64,000 nucleotides of DNA, from positions 780-64,779 of the forward strand of contig JBHHXT010000006.1 of NCBI GenBank assembly GCA_046757165.1. Direction: 5' to 3'. Source of the DNA: a bacterium (GTDB taxonomy: Bacteria; Zhuqueibacterota; Zhuqueibacteria; Oceanimicrobiales; Oceanimicrobiaceae). Under the pieces are notes generated by a model. That model saw only the letters and a program-made list of their open reading frames with translations, made no database searches and was not told the origin of the DNA. Each line of letters begins with the position of its first letter. Within the stretch, counting starts at the first letter, position 1. Position numbers and translations under genes: made by a program. Of this stretch, positions 34,121 through 44,949 are shown one piece after another.

Positions 34121-35686
34121 ATGGATATGTCATCTCTAACTTCTATCATTCTATATACATCAGTGGGGGTTGTGTTGTATGCTTTGGGTTGGCTTTCTGC
34201 TTTCTTTTTCTCCAAAAGCAAGCTGAGAAATGCCAATGCTCAGGTCGAGGATATCCTGACCCAGGCGCAACGAGAAGGCGAGCGCATCAAGCAAAGAACC
34301 ATTTTGAAAGCCAAAGAGCAGTGGTATAGAGTGCGTGACGAGCAGGAGAGCCGCCTGAAAGCTCGGCAAAAGAAACTCGACAAGATTGAGCGTGAGTTCT
34401 CCGAGAAGGAAAAGAGGGTGTTGCGCAAAGAGAGTGAGTTCGGCCAAAAAGAGAGCAACCTGCGCTACAACGAAAGAAACTTGCAGGAGCAGAAAGAGGC
34501 GCTCAGAACCAAAGAAGATGAGCTGAATCGCCTCATGCATGAACAGAACCTGGCGCTCTCCAAGATATCGCAGATCAGTCCGGGGGAAGCCAAGGAATTG
34601 CTGCTGGAGAATCTTCGGCGAGAATATAAGGCCGAGGCCGCACAAATCTACAAAGAATATGTTGACAAAGCCAAGGACAATGCCACGCGCGAGGCCAAGA
34701 AAATTATCACCATGGCCATCGAGAGGAACGCCGCCGATCACTGCGTGGAAACCACGGTCTTGGTCGTGCCTCTACCTTCGGAAGACTTGAAGGGGCGTAT
34801 CATTGGACGGGATGGCCGCAACATCAAAGCCTTCGAACAGGCCACTGGCGTGAAAGTCATTGTAGGTGACACGCCAGAAGCGGTCGTGCTTTCTGCTTTC
34901 GACCCCGTACGACGCCAGGTTGCCAGGCTGGCACTCGAAAAGATTATCAGCAACCACAGAGTGCACCCACAGATGATCGAAGACATCGTGCGGAATGCGG
35001 AAAAAGAGGTGGACCGGCTCATCTGGCGAGTTGGAAACGAAGTTATCGCTCGCATCGGCGTTGGCCGTATGCACCCGGATTTGATTCGTATTCTGGGCCG
35101 TTTGAGATATCGCAGCAGCTATGGCCAAAACGTGCTGCAGCATTGCGAGGAAGTGGCAACGCTCACCGGCGCCATGGCAGCCGAGCTCAAGCTGGATGTC
35201 AAGCTCGCCAAGAGAGCGGGCCTGATGCACGACATTGGCAAGGCCATGAGCCAGGACCAGGAAGGCACCCATGTGCAGATCGGTCTCAAGGTCGCCAATA
35301 AGTTTAGAGAGAATCCGGTCGTTTTGAATGCGATTGCCTCCCATCATGAGGACGAACCCAAAACCTCCCTCATTTCTGTGCTTGTCGCCTGCGCCGACTC
35401 CATTTCAGGCGCACGTCCGGGAGCACGACGCGACACTCTGGACGGCTATGTGCGCAGAATTGAAAGCCTGGAGAAGGTTGCAGATTCCTTTGACCTGGTG
35501 AGCAAAGCCTACGCCATTTCCGCCGGCCGTGAAGTTCGGGTGATTGTGCAGCCAGAAAAAGTGAGCGATGCGCAGGCCAATCTGCTCGCCAGCGACATCG
35601 CCGAGAAAATACACTCCGATCTGGAGTATCCAGGGCAGATCAAAGTCACCGTGATTCGGGAAACCAGGGCCGTGAGTTACGCATAA
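34121..35686 (+). CDS. rny: Ribonuclease Y.
   Basis: It has an N-terminal TM anchor, a coiled-coil region, a KH domain (GRIIGRDGRNIKAFE) and an HD domain (HSYGQNVLQHCEEVA...HHEDEP). Total length is 521 aa. Confidence 0.9.
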   Translation: MDMSSLTSIILYTSVGVVLYALGWLSAFFFSKSKLRNANAQVEDILTQAQREGERIKQRTILKAKEQWYRVRDEQESRLKARQKKLDKIEREFSEKEKRVLRKESEFGQKESNLRYNERNLQEQKEALRTKEDELNRLMHEQNLALSKISQISPGEAKELLLENLRREYKAEAAQIYKEYVDKAKDNATREAKKIITMAIERNAADHCVETTVLVVPLPSEDLKGRIIGRDGRNIKAFEQATGVKVIVGDTPEAVVLSAFDPVRRQVARLALEKIISNHRVHPQMIEDIVRNAEKEVDRLIWRVGNEVIARIGVGRMHPDLIRILGRLRYRSSYGQNVLQHCEEVATLTGAMAAELKLDVKLAKRAGLMHDIGKAMSQDQEGTHVQIGLKVANKFRENPVVLNAIASHHEDEPKTSLISVLVACADSISGARPGARRDTLDGYVRRIESLEKVADSFDLVSKAYAISAGREVRVIVQPEKVSDAQANLLASDIAEKIHSDLEYPGQIKVTVIRETRAVSYA

Positions 35687-35731
35687 CGAAGAAAATATGG
35701 ATGAATACTCACCTAAACAGGATGTTGTAGC

Positions 35732-37672
35732 ATGCGCACCGTTTTAGAAACCATCAAGAGCCCGCAGGATCTCAAACCTCTCAAAATCGCTGAATTGCAG
35801 CAGCTTTGTGCAGAGATCCGAGACTACTTCGTCAGCGTCATAACCAGCGTCGGGGGACACTTCGCGCCCAGCCTGGGCGTGGTGGAGCTCACAACTGCTC
35901 TCCACTATGTGTTTGACGCGCCTGCAGACAAGCTGATATGGGATGTTGGCCATCAGGGCTACGTCCACAAAATACTCACCGGCCGTCGGGAGGAGCTCAG
36001 AACCATCAGACAGTACAAAGGTATTAGCGGGTTTCTGAAGCGCACCGAGAGTCTGTATGATGACTTCGGGGCTGGCCATGCCAGTACCTCCATTTCCGCG
36101 GCGCTTGGATTCGCAGCCGCCAGGGATTTGAAAGGCGGAGAGAATAAAGTCGTCGCCATCATCGGTGATGGCGCGCTGACTGGCGGCCTGGCCTATGAGG
36201 CGTTGAATAATGCCGGTAGCCTCAACAAGGACATTCTCGTTGTTCTGAACGACAACCAGATGTCCATCTCGCCCAATGTCGGTGCCATTTCGAAATATCT
36301 GACCGAGATTACCTCTCATCCGCGCTACAACAAGCTCAAAGACGAGATCTGGAATTTGACCGAAAAGATGCCCGTCGGTAAGAAGCGAATTCGAAAGGTT
36401 GTCCGCAGGGTAGAGGAAAGTTTGAAGAATCTCATGGTTCCGGGCATGTTTTTTGAGGAGCTTGGCTTCAGATACTTCGGCCCGATCGATGGTCATGACC
36501 TGCGAGAGCTTATCCCGACGCTGCAGAATCTGAAGAATCTCAAGGGCCCCAAAGTGCTTCATGTATTGACGGTGAAAGGGAAGGGCGTCGACTATGCCGA
36601 GAAAGATTCGGTCAGATTTCATGCAGTTTCCCCGCTGCCGAAGCAATCGGCCGGTGACGAGCGGGTCGTTCCTAAGCCGCCGGCGTATAACAAAGTTTTC
36701 ACGGATGCGCTTATTGAACTAGGCCGCAGCAACGAGAAAGTTGTGGCGATTACCGCGGCCATGGCTGAAGGCACGGGCCTCGTGAAGTTCCAACAAGAGT
36801 TCCCCGAAAGATTTTTTGATGTCGGAATCGCCGAAGGACATGCCGTCACCTACGCGGCTGGCCTGGCGGCGGAAGGCATTCGTCCGTGCGTCGCGATCTA
36901 TTCGACTTTCCTGCAACGCGCCTACGACCATATCATTCATGACGTCGCGCTTCAGCACCTGCCCGTCGTTTTCACGCTGGACCGCGCCGGACTGTGCGGC
37001 GCGGATGGCCCGACACACCACGGCACCTTTGACTTGTCCTATCTCTCACTTATTCCCGGCATGATCGTGGCGGCTCCCAGGGATGGCGACGAGCTGAGAA
37101 ACCTGTTGCACACGGCCTTTGCCCAGGACAGCAATCCTTTCGCGATTCGTTATCCCAAGGACACGTGTGTCAATCTTTCCGGCCGGCACGAGTTTACGGA
37201 GATGGAGATCGGCTCCTGGGAAGTGCTGCGCCATGGGAATAATCTGGCGCTGCTGGCCGTTGGAACAATGGTAGAAAATTCCCTGCGGGCCGCCGAAAAA
37301 TTGCAGAGAGAGGGCGTCTCGATTGCGGTCGTCAACTGCAGGTTTGTCAAACCCCTCGATGCGGACTTGTTAAGCGAGCTCGCTCGAAAGTATGACCACC
37401 TGGTGACGGTTGAAGAGAATGTGCTCAGGGGCGGCTTCGGCTGCCAGGTCGGTCAACATTTGCGGATGCACGGCATAGAATTGGGGACGATTTCCCATCT
37501 CGGCATCCCCGATGATTTTGTCGAGCATGGCTCCCGGTCGATCCTGCTCGAGAATCTGGGGCTTTCGCCGAACAGAATAGCAACGTTTTGCTCGAAGGTT
37601 ATCGAGCACCAGCAAGAATTCGAACCTGTTTCGCTTGAAGCCTCGAAAGCAATGAACAAGATAATGATGTAA
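35732..37672 (+). CDS. dxs: 1-deoxy-D-xylulose-5-phosphate synthase.
   Basis: It carries the TPP-binding motif GDGALTGG and the GHQGY N-terminal transketolase signature ([11 protein letters not shown]). Total length is 646 aa. Confidence 0.9.
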   Translation: MRTVLETIKSPQDLKPLKIAELQQLCAEIRDYFVSVITSVGGHFAPSLGVVELTTALHYVFDAPADKLIWDVGHQGYVHKILTGRREELRTIRQYKGISGFLKRTESLYDDFGAGHASTSISAALGFAAARDLKGGENKVVAIIGDGALTGGLAYEALNNAGSLNKDILVVLNDNQMSISPNVGAISKYLTEITSHPRYNKLKDEIWNLTEKMPVGKKRIRKVVRRVEESLKNLMVPGMFFEELGFRYFGPIDGHDLRELIPTLQNLKNLKGPKVLHVLTVKGKGVDYAEKDSVRFHAVSPLPKQSAGDERVVPKPPAYNKVFTDALIELGRSNEKVVAITAAMAEGTGLVKFQQEFPERFFDVGIAEGHAVTYAAGLAAEGIRPCVAIYSTFLQRAYDHIIHDVALQHLPVVFTLDRAGLCGADGPTHHGTFDLSYLSLIPGMIVAAPRDGDELRNLLHTAFAQDSNPFAIRYPKDTCVNLSGRHEFTEMEIGSWEVLRHGNNLALLAVGTMVENSLRAAEKLQREGVSIAVVNCRFVKPLDADLLSELARKYDHLVTVEENVLRGGFGCQVGQHLRMHGIELGTISHLGIPDDFVEHGSRSILLENLGLSPNRIATFCSKVIEHQQEFEPVSLEASKAMNKIMM

Positions 37673-37698
37673 GCTTAAGAATTAAGGAAGGAGATACC

Positions 37699-38151
37699 AT
37701 GCCCGCCAAAAGAGTGAAAATTGCGGCTGCTTTTACGATAGTTGCCGGACTGCTTGTCTGGTTGACGATTTCCGGGTTTGACGAGAACATGCAATACTAC
37801 CGGGATGTCAAGGATTTGAAGAGTCTGCCGGCGAGTGAATTGTCCAAAGGGCTGAGAGTCAAGGGGTATTTGGTCGCTGGCTCGGTTGAAAGAGCGGACA
37901 ACACCAGTCTGGAAAGATTCTTTTTGATTGAGGAGAGCGGTCACCAGTTGCGCGTTCGATATGACAAAGAACTTCCAGACACGTTCAAAGATGGGGCAGA
38001 GGTGCTCGTGGAGGGGAAAATGACCGAGGCCGGTTATTTCGATGCCAAAATGCTGATGGCCAAATGTCCGTCAAAATACGAAAGTACCGAAGAATTCAAT
38101 GCCAGGGATTATGATCCCGCGAAGTATCAGAATCGGGACGGCACGAATTAG
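37699..38151 (+). CDS. ccmE: Cytochrome c-type biogenesis heme chaperone CcmE, CxxxY variant.
   Basis: It has an N-terminal membrane anchor and OB-fold. The heme-binding site LMAKCPSKYES carries C-x3-Y in place of the canonical H-x3-Y. An AAGGAAGGAG ribosome-binding site precedes it. Confidence 0.8.
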   Translation: MPAKRVKIAAAFTIVAGLLVWLTISGFDENMQYYRDVKDLKSLPASELSKGLRVKGYLVAGSVERADNTSLERFFLIEESGHQLRVRYDKELPDTFKDGAEVLVEGKMTEAGYFDAKMLMAKCPSKYESTEEFNARDYDPAKYQNRDGTN

Positions 38152-38211
38152 GGAGTGATTGACCGAAAACCATAGAACGATTTCATAGCGGAGGGATAAA
38201 GGTTGGAGACT

Positions 38212-40254
38212 ATGCCTGATATTGGACACCTGATCCTGGTTTTGGCGCTAGCCTGTGCAGTGTACGCCATTGTGGCATCCATCTGGGGTGGGCGCAGGCA
38301 AAGAGAGGACATGCTCAGGTCCGGGGAGAACGCCTTGTATATGGTGACGTTTCTGCTCACGCTGAGCGTGTTCGTCCTGTGGCAACAGATCCTGGCACAC
38401 GATTTTCACAACGAATATGTCGCCAGCTATTCGAATCGTGACATGCCGGTTTTTTATGTGCTCGCCTCTCTCTGGGGCGGTCAGAAGGGCTCGCTGCTGT
38501 TCTGGGGGTGGCTGCTGTCGCTCTATTCTTCTCTGGCGGTTTACCTGAACCGCGGCAGGAATCGCGAGCTCATGCCTTACGTGGTCGCAACTCTGGTGGC
38601 GGGCGCGATGTTTTTCATTCTGCTAAACCTTTTTGTTTCACAACCCTTTGAAAAGCTCTGGCAATTGGCGGATGGCCGGGTTATCAAAGCCCTTGTGCAA
38701 CCTCCAGGGTCGGTTGCGTTTGCGCCCGCCGACGGCCGGGGATTGAACCCGCTGCTGCAACATCCAGCCATGGCGATTCACCCGCCGGTGCTCTATCTTG
38801 GCTTCGTGGGATTCGGTGTGCCCTTCGCGTTCGCCATCGCCTCTTTGTTGACCGGCAGACTCGATAGCCAGTGGTTGCTCACGATCCGGCGTTGGACGCT
38901 TGTGCCCTGGTTCTTTCTTGGGATTGGCATGCTGCTCGGTGGCAAATGGGCCTATATGGAGCTCGGCTGGGGTGGGTACTGGGCCTGGGACCCGGTGGAA
39001 AACGCTGCCCTCATGCCCTGGCTCGTCGGCACGGCTTTCATCCACTCGGTCATGATCCAGGAAAAGAAGAACATGCTCAAGGTTTGGAACATGGTGCTTA
39101 TTTTATTGACCTACACCTTGTGCATTTTTGGCACCTTTCTGACCCGAAGTGGTGTGGTCTCCTCGGTGCATTCTTTTGCCCGTTCTGAAATCGCGCCCTG
39201 GTTTGTCGGTTACCTGGTGCTGATTATCGTCGGTTCTGCAGCGCTGCTGATCAAGCGACTGCCAGCCCTCAAGAGTGAGCACCATTTTGAATCGGTTGTG
39301 TCGAGAGAGTCGGCTTTCCTGCTCAACAACCTCGTCTTTCTGGGGGCCCTGTTTGCCGTCTTCTGGGGAACCATCTTCCCGATGGTGACCGAGGCGATTC
39401 GCGAGGTAAAGATTACAGTGGCCGAGCCATTCTTCAACAAGGTGACCATCCCGATTGGCCTGTTCTTGTTGCTGTTGACCGGTGTCGGTCCCTTGTTCGC
39501 CTGGAAAAAGACCTCCTCTAAGCTCTTGCTGAGAATCTTTCTGAAACCGACGCTGGTTTCCCTGGCAGGGCTTGTGATCATGTTGGTGGCTGGCATCCGC
39601 CATTTCTACGCCCTTGTCTCATTTACCTTGGCTATTTTTGTCACTGCGACAATCCTGGCTGAATTCCATAAAGGTGCCCGCGCCCGCATGCGCACAAACG
39701 CCGAAGGCTATGTTGAAGCCCTCTTCCGGCTTTTCGAACGCAACAAACGGCGCTATGGCGGCTACATCGTTCACTTCGGCATGGTGGTCTTGTTCGTCGG
39801 CTTCACCGGCAAAGCATTCGATACGGAAAAAGAAAGCCATCTGAAGAAAGACGAGTCAATGCAAATCCGGGATTACACCCTCACGTATTTGGGTCTCGAG
39901 ACGCTGCAAGATGAGAACAAAATCGTCTGGCAGGCGACGATGGACGTCTACAAGGGTGGACAGAAGGTCAAGACCATCTATCCCAACAAGCATTATTACC
40001 CCGTCCAGGAGCAGCCTACAACCGAAGTCGTCCTCAGGTCGACTTTACTCGAGGATCTTTATGTCGTCCTGGCGCAGCCGAATGAGGACGAGAGCGCTGT
40101 GTTCAAAGTCTACATAAACCCGCTGGTCAACCTGGTCTGGATCGCGGGATTTATTATCACGTTAGGAACATTCGTCATTTTGCTGCCGGATGGAAAAGAG
40201 AAGAAGCGATCCCGGAAACCCCGGCAGTTAGCTTCGCAGCCGGAATATGTTTGA
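38212..40254 (+). CDS. ccmF: Cytochrome c-type biogenesis protein CcmF (heme lyase/heme handling protein).
   Basis: It has the WWD domain WGGYWAWDPVENAAL and multiple TM helices. I prefer the ATG at 38212 after the GGAGGGATAAAGG ribosome-binding site, because the table start at 38203 is TTG. Confidence 0.8.
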   Translation: MPDIGHLILVLALACAVYAIVASIWGGRRQREDMLRSGENALYMVTFLLTLSVFVLWQQILAHDFHNEYVASYSNRDMPVFYVLASLWGGQKGSLLFWGWLLSLYSSLAVYLNRGRNRELMPYVVATLVAGAMFFILLNLFVSQPFEKLWQLADGRVIKALVQPPGSVAFAPADGRGLNPLLQHPAMAIHPPVLYLGFVGFGVPFAFAIASLLTGRLDSQWLLTIRRWTLVPWFFLGIGMLLGGKWAYMELGWGGYWAWDPVENAALMPWLVGTAFIHSVMIQEKKNMLKVWNMVLILLTYTLCIFGTFLTRSGVVSSVHSFARSEIAPWFVGYLVLIIVGSAALLIKRLPALKSEHHFESVVSRESAFLLNNLVFLGALFAVFWGTIFPMVTEAIREVKITVAEPFFNKVTIPIGLFLLLLTGVGPLFAWKKTSSKLLLRIFLKPTLVSLAGLVIMLVAGIRHFYALVSFTLAIFVTATILAEFHKGARARMRTNAEGYVEALFRLFERNKRRYGGYIVHFGMVVLFVGFTGKAFDTEKESHLKKDESMQIRDYTLTYLGLETLQDENKIVWQATMDVYKGGQKVKTIYPNKHYYPVQEQPTTEVVLRSTLLEDLYVVLAQPNEDESAVFKVYINPLVNLVWIAGFIITLGTFVILLPDGKEKKRSRKPRQLASQPEYV

Positions 40255-40341
40255 CCGCAGGATAGAGAGAATCTCCAAAGTCCTGGTGTCAGCCTCCTTT
40301 GCCCTTCGGGGCAGCATTCCCCAGGTTGACTAATTTTTCAC

Positions 40342-40370
40342 TTGACAATGCGAGGCGATTTCCCTATATT
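40342..40370 (+). promoter_or_regulatory. Sigma70-type promoter for the rrf2-suf operon.
   Basis: TTGACA (40342-40347), a 17-nt spacer, then TATATT (40365-40370), about 33 nt upstream of the Rrf2 ATG. The preceding GC hairpin with UUCG tetraloop (tgcccttcggggca, 40300-40313) may close ccmF. Confidence 0.5.
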
Positions 40371-40402
40371 AAACCCGACCAAAATAGTCGCATTTTTGAG
40401 CC

Positions 40403-40837
40403 ATGCTAAAGCTATCCAAAAAATCAGAATACGGCATTATTGCCCTGAAGCATATGCTCAACCAACCTGCGGGAGAGGTGAGCACGGCTAAAGACATTGC
40501 CCGCGTGTACAACATTCCGGCTGAGGTGATGGCAAAGATTCTGCAAACTTTGGCTCGCAAGGGCATTGTTCAATCGTCGCAGGGAGCAAAGGGCGGATAT
40601 TTTCTCGCCAGAGAAGGCGGGCGGATCAGCCTATCGGAAATCATAGAGTCTATCGAAGGGCCGGTCGGGATTGTCAACTGCGTCAACGATCAGGATTGTG
40701 ACTGCGTGCAGTTGACCAATTGCAACATCAGCGATCCCTTCAAAGTGATTCAAAAGCAATTCAAGATATTTCTTTCGGGCATCTCACTGGCTGACATCAA
40801 TGATCAAATGGAGATGCAAAGAGTACGGTGGTATTGA
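40403..40837 (+). CDS. Rrf2-family transcriptional regulator (IscR/SufR-like) with three-Cys cluster ligands.
   Basis: It has an N-terminal wHTH (LSKKSEYGIIALKHM) and the C-terminal CVNDQDCDCVQLTNC motif. It sits directly upstream of sufA-sufBCDS. Confidence 0.75.
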   Translation: MLKLSKKSEYGIIALKHMLNQPAGEVSTAKDIARVYNIPAEVMAKILQTLARKGIVQSSQGAKGGYFLAREGGRISLSEIIESIEGPVGIVNCVNDQDCDCVQLTNCNISDPFKVIQKQFKIFLSGISLADINDQMEMQRVRWY

Positions 40838-40866
40838 TCGGTTCAATAAATCTAGGGAGGTGAAGA

Positions 40867-41193
40867 ATGATCACCCTGACACCAAAGGCGATTACCGAAG
40901 TGAAACGGCTGATGCAGGAAGAGAATTCAGCCCAGCAGATGGGACTGCGAGTCGGCGTCAAAGGTGGCGGTTGTTCCGGGCTGTCGTACGTCCTCGACTT
41001 CGTAAAGGAACCGCGCCAGGATGACAAGATTTTGGAGTTTGACGGGATCAAGGTGTTTATGGACCCCAAGAGCGCTATCTATCTGAAGGGAACCCAGCTC
41101 GATTTCACCGATGGATTAGGTGGGACTGGATTTACGTTTAGCAATCCGAATGCGCAACGGACATGCGGCTGCGGCAGCAGTTTTGCAGTTTAG
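40867..41193 (+). CDS. sufA: A-type Fe-S carrier (SufA/IscA/ErpA family).
   Basis: 108 aa with the GGGCSGLSY motif and C-terminal CGCGSSF cysteine triad. A GGGAGGTG ribosome-binding site precedes it. Confidence 0.8.
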   Translation: MITLTPKAITEVKRLMQEENSAQQMGLRVGVKGGGCSGLSYVLDFVKEPRQDDKILEFDGIKVFMDPKSAIYLKGTQLDFTDGLGGTGFTFSNPNAQRTCGCGSSFAV

Positions 41194-41221
41194 AGGTCAT
41201 TTGAACGAATAGGAGCGTTGC

Positions 41222-42667
41222 ATGAGTACCGAACAGGAAACAATCGAGGAGTTTACAAGGAGCGAATACAAGTGGGGGTTCACGACGGACCTGGACACCG
41301 ATCTGGCCCCTAAGGGTCTCAACGAGGACATCGTTCGACTGATCTCCAGGAAGAAGAAGGAGCCCCAGTTCATGCTCGACTGGCGTTTGAAAGCCTTCCG
41401 GCACTGGCAAACGATGGCAGAGCCCACGTGGCCTAACGTCCACTATCCGGCCATCGACTATCAAGATGCCTACTACTACGCTGCGCCGAAGAAGGAAAAA
41501 AAACTGAAAAGCCTCGATGAGGTCGACCCCAAGATTCGTGAAACCTTTGACAAACTCGGCATTTCGCTCACTGAGCAAAAGAGGTTGAGCGGCGTGGCTG
41601 TGGATGCTGTCATGGACAGCGTCTCTGTGGCAACCACGTTCAAAGATGAATTGCAGAAACACGGCATCATCTTTTGCTCGTTCTCTGAAGCGGTACAGAA
41701 TCACCCCGATTTGGTGAGAAAGTACGTGGGTTCAGTGGTGCCCTATACCGACAATTTTTTTGCTGCCCTGAACTCAGCTGTGTTCAGTGATGGTTCTTTC
41801 TGCTATGTCCCCAAAGGGGTGCGCTGTCCCATGGAGCTATCGACCTACTTTCGAATCAACGCCGCCAACACGGGACAATTCGAGAGAACGCTCATCGTGG
41901 CCGAGGAGGGGGCCACGGTCAGCTATCTGGAAGGGTGCACGGCGCCCATGCGTGATGAAAACCAGCTGCATGCTGCCGTCGTGGAAATCGTGGCGCACAA
42001 GAATGCCAAAGTGAAGTACTCCACCGTGCAGAACTGGTATCCCGGCGATGAAAATGGCCGCGGAGGAATCTACAACTTCGTGACCAAACGCGGTATTTGT
42101 CAGGGCGACCACGCCAAAATATCGTGGACACAAGTAGAAACCGGTTCTGCCATCACCTGGAAATACCCCAGTGTGATCCTGAAGGGGGATCAGTCGGTAG
42201 GCGAGTTCTATTCCGTGGCCCTGACCAACAACTACCAGCAGGCAGACACCGGCACAAAGATGATTCACCTGGGGCGCAACACCTCCAGCACTATTATCTC
42301 CAAAGGCATTTCAGCCGGTCGCAGCAACAATTCTTACCGCGGTCTGGTACGAGTGGCGCGGAACGCAGAGAATGCACGCAATTTTTCTCAATGCGATTCG
42401 CTCTTGATCGGGGACAAGTGCGGGGCGCATACGTTTCCTTACCTGGAGGTCCACAACCGGAGCGCCAGGATCGAGCACGAAGCCACCACCACGAAAATTG
42501 GCGAAGACCAGATTTTTTATTGCAACCAACGCGGTATTGGGACAGAGAACGCGATTGGGTTGATCGTCAACGGGTATTGCAAGGAAGTCTTCCGCGAGCT
42601 GCCCATGGAGTTCGCGGTGGAAGCACAGAAGCTCCTGGCGATCAGCCTGGAGGGCAGTGTCGGGTAA
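41222..42667 (+). CDS. sufB: Fe-S cluster assembly protein SufB.
   Basis: 481 aa with the SufB/SufD beta-helix C-terminal domain and conserved SufB blocks (YYYAAPK..., ...EHEATTTKI...). Confidence 0.85.
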   Translation: MSTEQETIEEFTRSEYKWGFTTDLDTDLAPKGLNEDIVRLISRKKKEPQFMLDWRLKAFRHWQTMAEPTWPNVHYPAIDYQDAYYYAAPKKEKKLKSLDEVDPKIRETFDKLGISLTEQKRLSGVAVDAVMDSVSVATTFKDELQKHGIIFCSFSEAVQNHPDLVRKYVGSVVPYTDNFFAALNSAVFSDGSFCYVPKGVRCPMELSTYFRINAANTGQFERTLIVAEEGATVSYLEGCTAPMRDENQLHAAVVEIVAHKNAKVKYSTVQNWYPGDENGRGGIYNFVTKRGICQGDHAKISWTQVETGSAITWKYPSVILKGDQSVGEFYSVALTNNYQQADTGTKMIHLGRNTSSTIISKGISAGRSNNSYRGLVRVARNAENARNFSQCDSLLIGDKCGAHTFPYLEVHNRSARIEHEATTTKIGEDQIFYCNQRGIGTENAIGLIVNGYCKEVFRELPMEFAVEAQKLLAISLEGSVG

Positions 42668-42766
42668 ACACGACACTGTGAGGCGTTTTGTAACCGGAGA
42701 GAGGAAGAAACCACAGAGAGGCAAAGTTCACGAAGTTGAAGAATGATAGGAGAGCAACCAGACACC

Positions 42767-43531
42767 ATGTTGAAAATACGAAATCTTGAAGTTGCAGTAG
42801 AAGGAAATCAGATTCTCAAAGGCCTGGATTTAGAGGTGAACGCCGGTGAGGTGCACGCCATCATGGGACCGAACGGCAGCGGAAAAAGTACGCTGGCCAA
42901 CGTGCTGGCTGGCCGCGAGGAATATGAGCTCCTCGCCGGGACCATTGAGTACAACGGCCAGGACCTGCTCGATATGGCGCCGGAAGAGCGCGCCCACGCA
43001 GGGCTTTTTCTCGCCTTTCAATATCCCATCGAGATCCCGGGGGTGAGCATGTCCAATTTTCTCAAGATCGCCCTAAACGAAATCCGCGAAGCGCGCGGAC
43101 AGGAGACGCTCGACGCCATGGATTTCTTCTCCCTGGTCAGGGCCAAACTGAAGATGGTTGAGATGGACGAGAAGTTCCTCAGTCGCTCAATCAATGAGGG
43201 CTTTTCTGGCGGTGAGAAGAAGCGCAACGAGATTCTTCAGATGGCTGTGCTGGAACCGAAGCTGGCCATTCTGGATGAGACGGATTCTGGATTGGACATT
43301 GATGCGCTCAAGATTGTGGCGAACGGCGTCAATGAGCTGCGCGGCAAGAAAAACGCGATCGTGGTTGTCACCCACTATCAGCGCTTGCTGAATTACATTG
43401 TGCCGGATTTTGTGCATGTTTTACTGGACGGGCGAATCGTCAAGTCCGGAGACAGGAAACTGGCGTTGCAACTCGAAGAGCAGGGGTACGACTGGCTGAA
43501 GGAAGAAAACGACCCGCCAGTCACAGCCTGA
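42767..43531 (+). CDS. sufC: Fe-S cluster assembly ATPase SufC.
   Basis: It carries Walker A GPNGSGKSTL, the ABC signature FSGGEKKR and Walker B LAILDETDSGLD. The start may instead be 42743. Confidence 0.85.
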   Translation: MLKIRNLEVAVEGNQILKGLDLEVNAGEVHAIMGPNGSGKSTLANVLAGREEYELLAGTIEYNGQDLLDMAPEERAHAGLFLAFQYPIEIPGVSMSNFLKIALNEIREARGQETLDAMDFFSLVRAKLKMVEMDEKFLSRSINEGFSGGEKKRNEILQMAVLEPKLAILDETDSGLDIDALKIVANGVNELRGKKNAIVVVTHYQRLLNYIVPDFVHVLLDGRIVKSGDRKLALQLEEQGYDWLKEENDPPVTA

Positions 43532-43581
43532 ATCAATCGACCATCGATTATCGATGGTCGACGATTAAGGAAGCTCAGGAC

Positions 43582-44940
43582 TTGAAACAAGGAATTGCAC
43601 GGTACATGAAAAACATAGACATCGAGAAAGAGGACATCAAGAGATGGTACCTCGACAACTTTGAGCGGGTTGAGGACAGGTTTAACGGCTTTCGGAATCT
43701 ACCATTTCATCAGACGCGCAGAGCTGCTATCGCCAGGTTTTCTGAGTATGGCTTTCCGACCCCGCGCCATGAGGATTGGAAGTATACAAACGTGGCTCCC
43801 ATTCTGCAGCAAAAGTTCACATTGGCCTCCGCTGCCGTCGATGTGCCGGACGGACTTTTGCAGGAGCTGCAATTTGACGGTTTGCAGGAGAACGTTGTCG
43901 TGCTGGTCAACGGCCGGTACTCGGCTGCCCTGTCCAATCTGACCCTCGACCAGAAGGGGGTCATTATCAGCAGCCTGGCAGAGGCGATGGTCAGTCATCC
44001 GGAGATTGTCAATCCCGCTCTGGGCAAATATGCCAACTTCGATGAAGAGAGCTTTACGGCACTCAACACCGCCTTCACGTCGGACGGAACAGTGATTTAC
44101 CTTCCGGATAACACGCAGGTGCAGGAACCCATTCATCTCATTCACCTCTCCGATTCCCGGTCTGAGAGATTCGTTTCACACCCTCGCAATCTGTTTCTGA
44201 TCGGGAAAAACAGTCAGGCCGATATTATCGAGACCTTTGCTGGCGTTTCGGAGCCCCACTATTTCAACAATCTCGTCAGTGAGGTTGTTCTGGCTGAAAA
44301 CGCACGGCTCAATCACCTGAAGGTGCAGGAGGAAGGGAGAACGGCGTTCCACATTTCGAACGTGCACGTTCACCAGGAGCGGTGCAGCGTATATTCATCC
44401 GTGAACATCGACCTCGGCGGGGCGCTGGTTCGCAACAATCTGAACGTCCGGCTGAACGGCGTTGGCTGTGCGTCGTATCTGTTCGGTTTCTACATGGGCA
44501 GCGGAACACAGCACATCGACAACCACACCTTCGTCGACCACGCTCTGCCGCACTGTTTCAGCAACGAGCTGTACAAGGGTATTCTCGATGAGAAAGCCAA
44601 AGGCGTCTTCAACGGCAAGATCCTCGTGCGGCCGGATGCACAAAAAACCAACGCGCTACAATCCAACAAAACATTGCTTTTGACGGATGAGGCCTCCATC
44701 AACGCCAAACCGCAGTTGGAGATCTTTGCCGACGACGTCAAATGCACGCACGGCGCCACCATCGGTCAGTTGGACGACGAGGCGCTTTTCTACCTCCGCG
44801 CGCGTGGCATCGGCAAGGAGATGGCCGGAGCCATGTTGCGCCACGCTTTTATCAGAGATGTCCTCGATAACGTCAAAGAGACATCCGTACGTGAAAAGTT
44901 GGATGCCAAGATCATGCAAAGATTCACAAATGGTAAATAA
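43582..44940 (+). CDS. sufD: Fe-S cluster assembly protein SufD.
   Basis: SufB-like beta-helix paralog lacking the SufB N-terminal motifs. The start is TTG at 43582 or ATG at 43606. Confidence 0.75.
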   Translation: MKQGIARYMKNIDIEKEDIKRWYLDNFERVEDRFNGFRNLPFHQTRRAAIARFSEYGFPTPRHEDWKYTNVAPILQQKFTLASAAVDVPDGLLQELQFDGLQENVVVLVNGRYSAALSNLTLDQKGVIISSLAEAMVSHPEIVNPALGKYANFDEESFTALNTAFTSDGTVIYLPDNTQVQEPIHLIHLSDSRSERFVSHPRNLFLIGKNSQADIIETFAGVSEPHYFNNLVSEVVLAENARLNHLKVQEEGRTAFHISNVHVHQERCSVYSSVNIDLGGALVRNNLNVRLNGVGCASYLFGFYMGSGTQHIDNHTFVDHALPHCFSNELYKGILDEKAKGVFNGKILVRPDAQKTNALQSNKTLLLTDEASINAKPQLEIFADDVKCTHGATIGQLDDEALFYLRARGIGKEMAGAMLRHAFIRDVLDNVKETSVREKLDAKIMQRFTNGK

Positions 44941-44949
44941 GGTTTAGCG

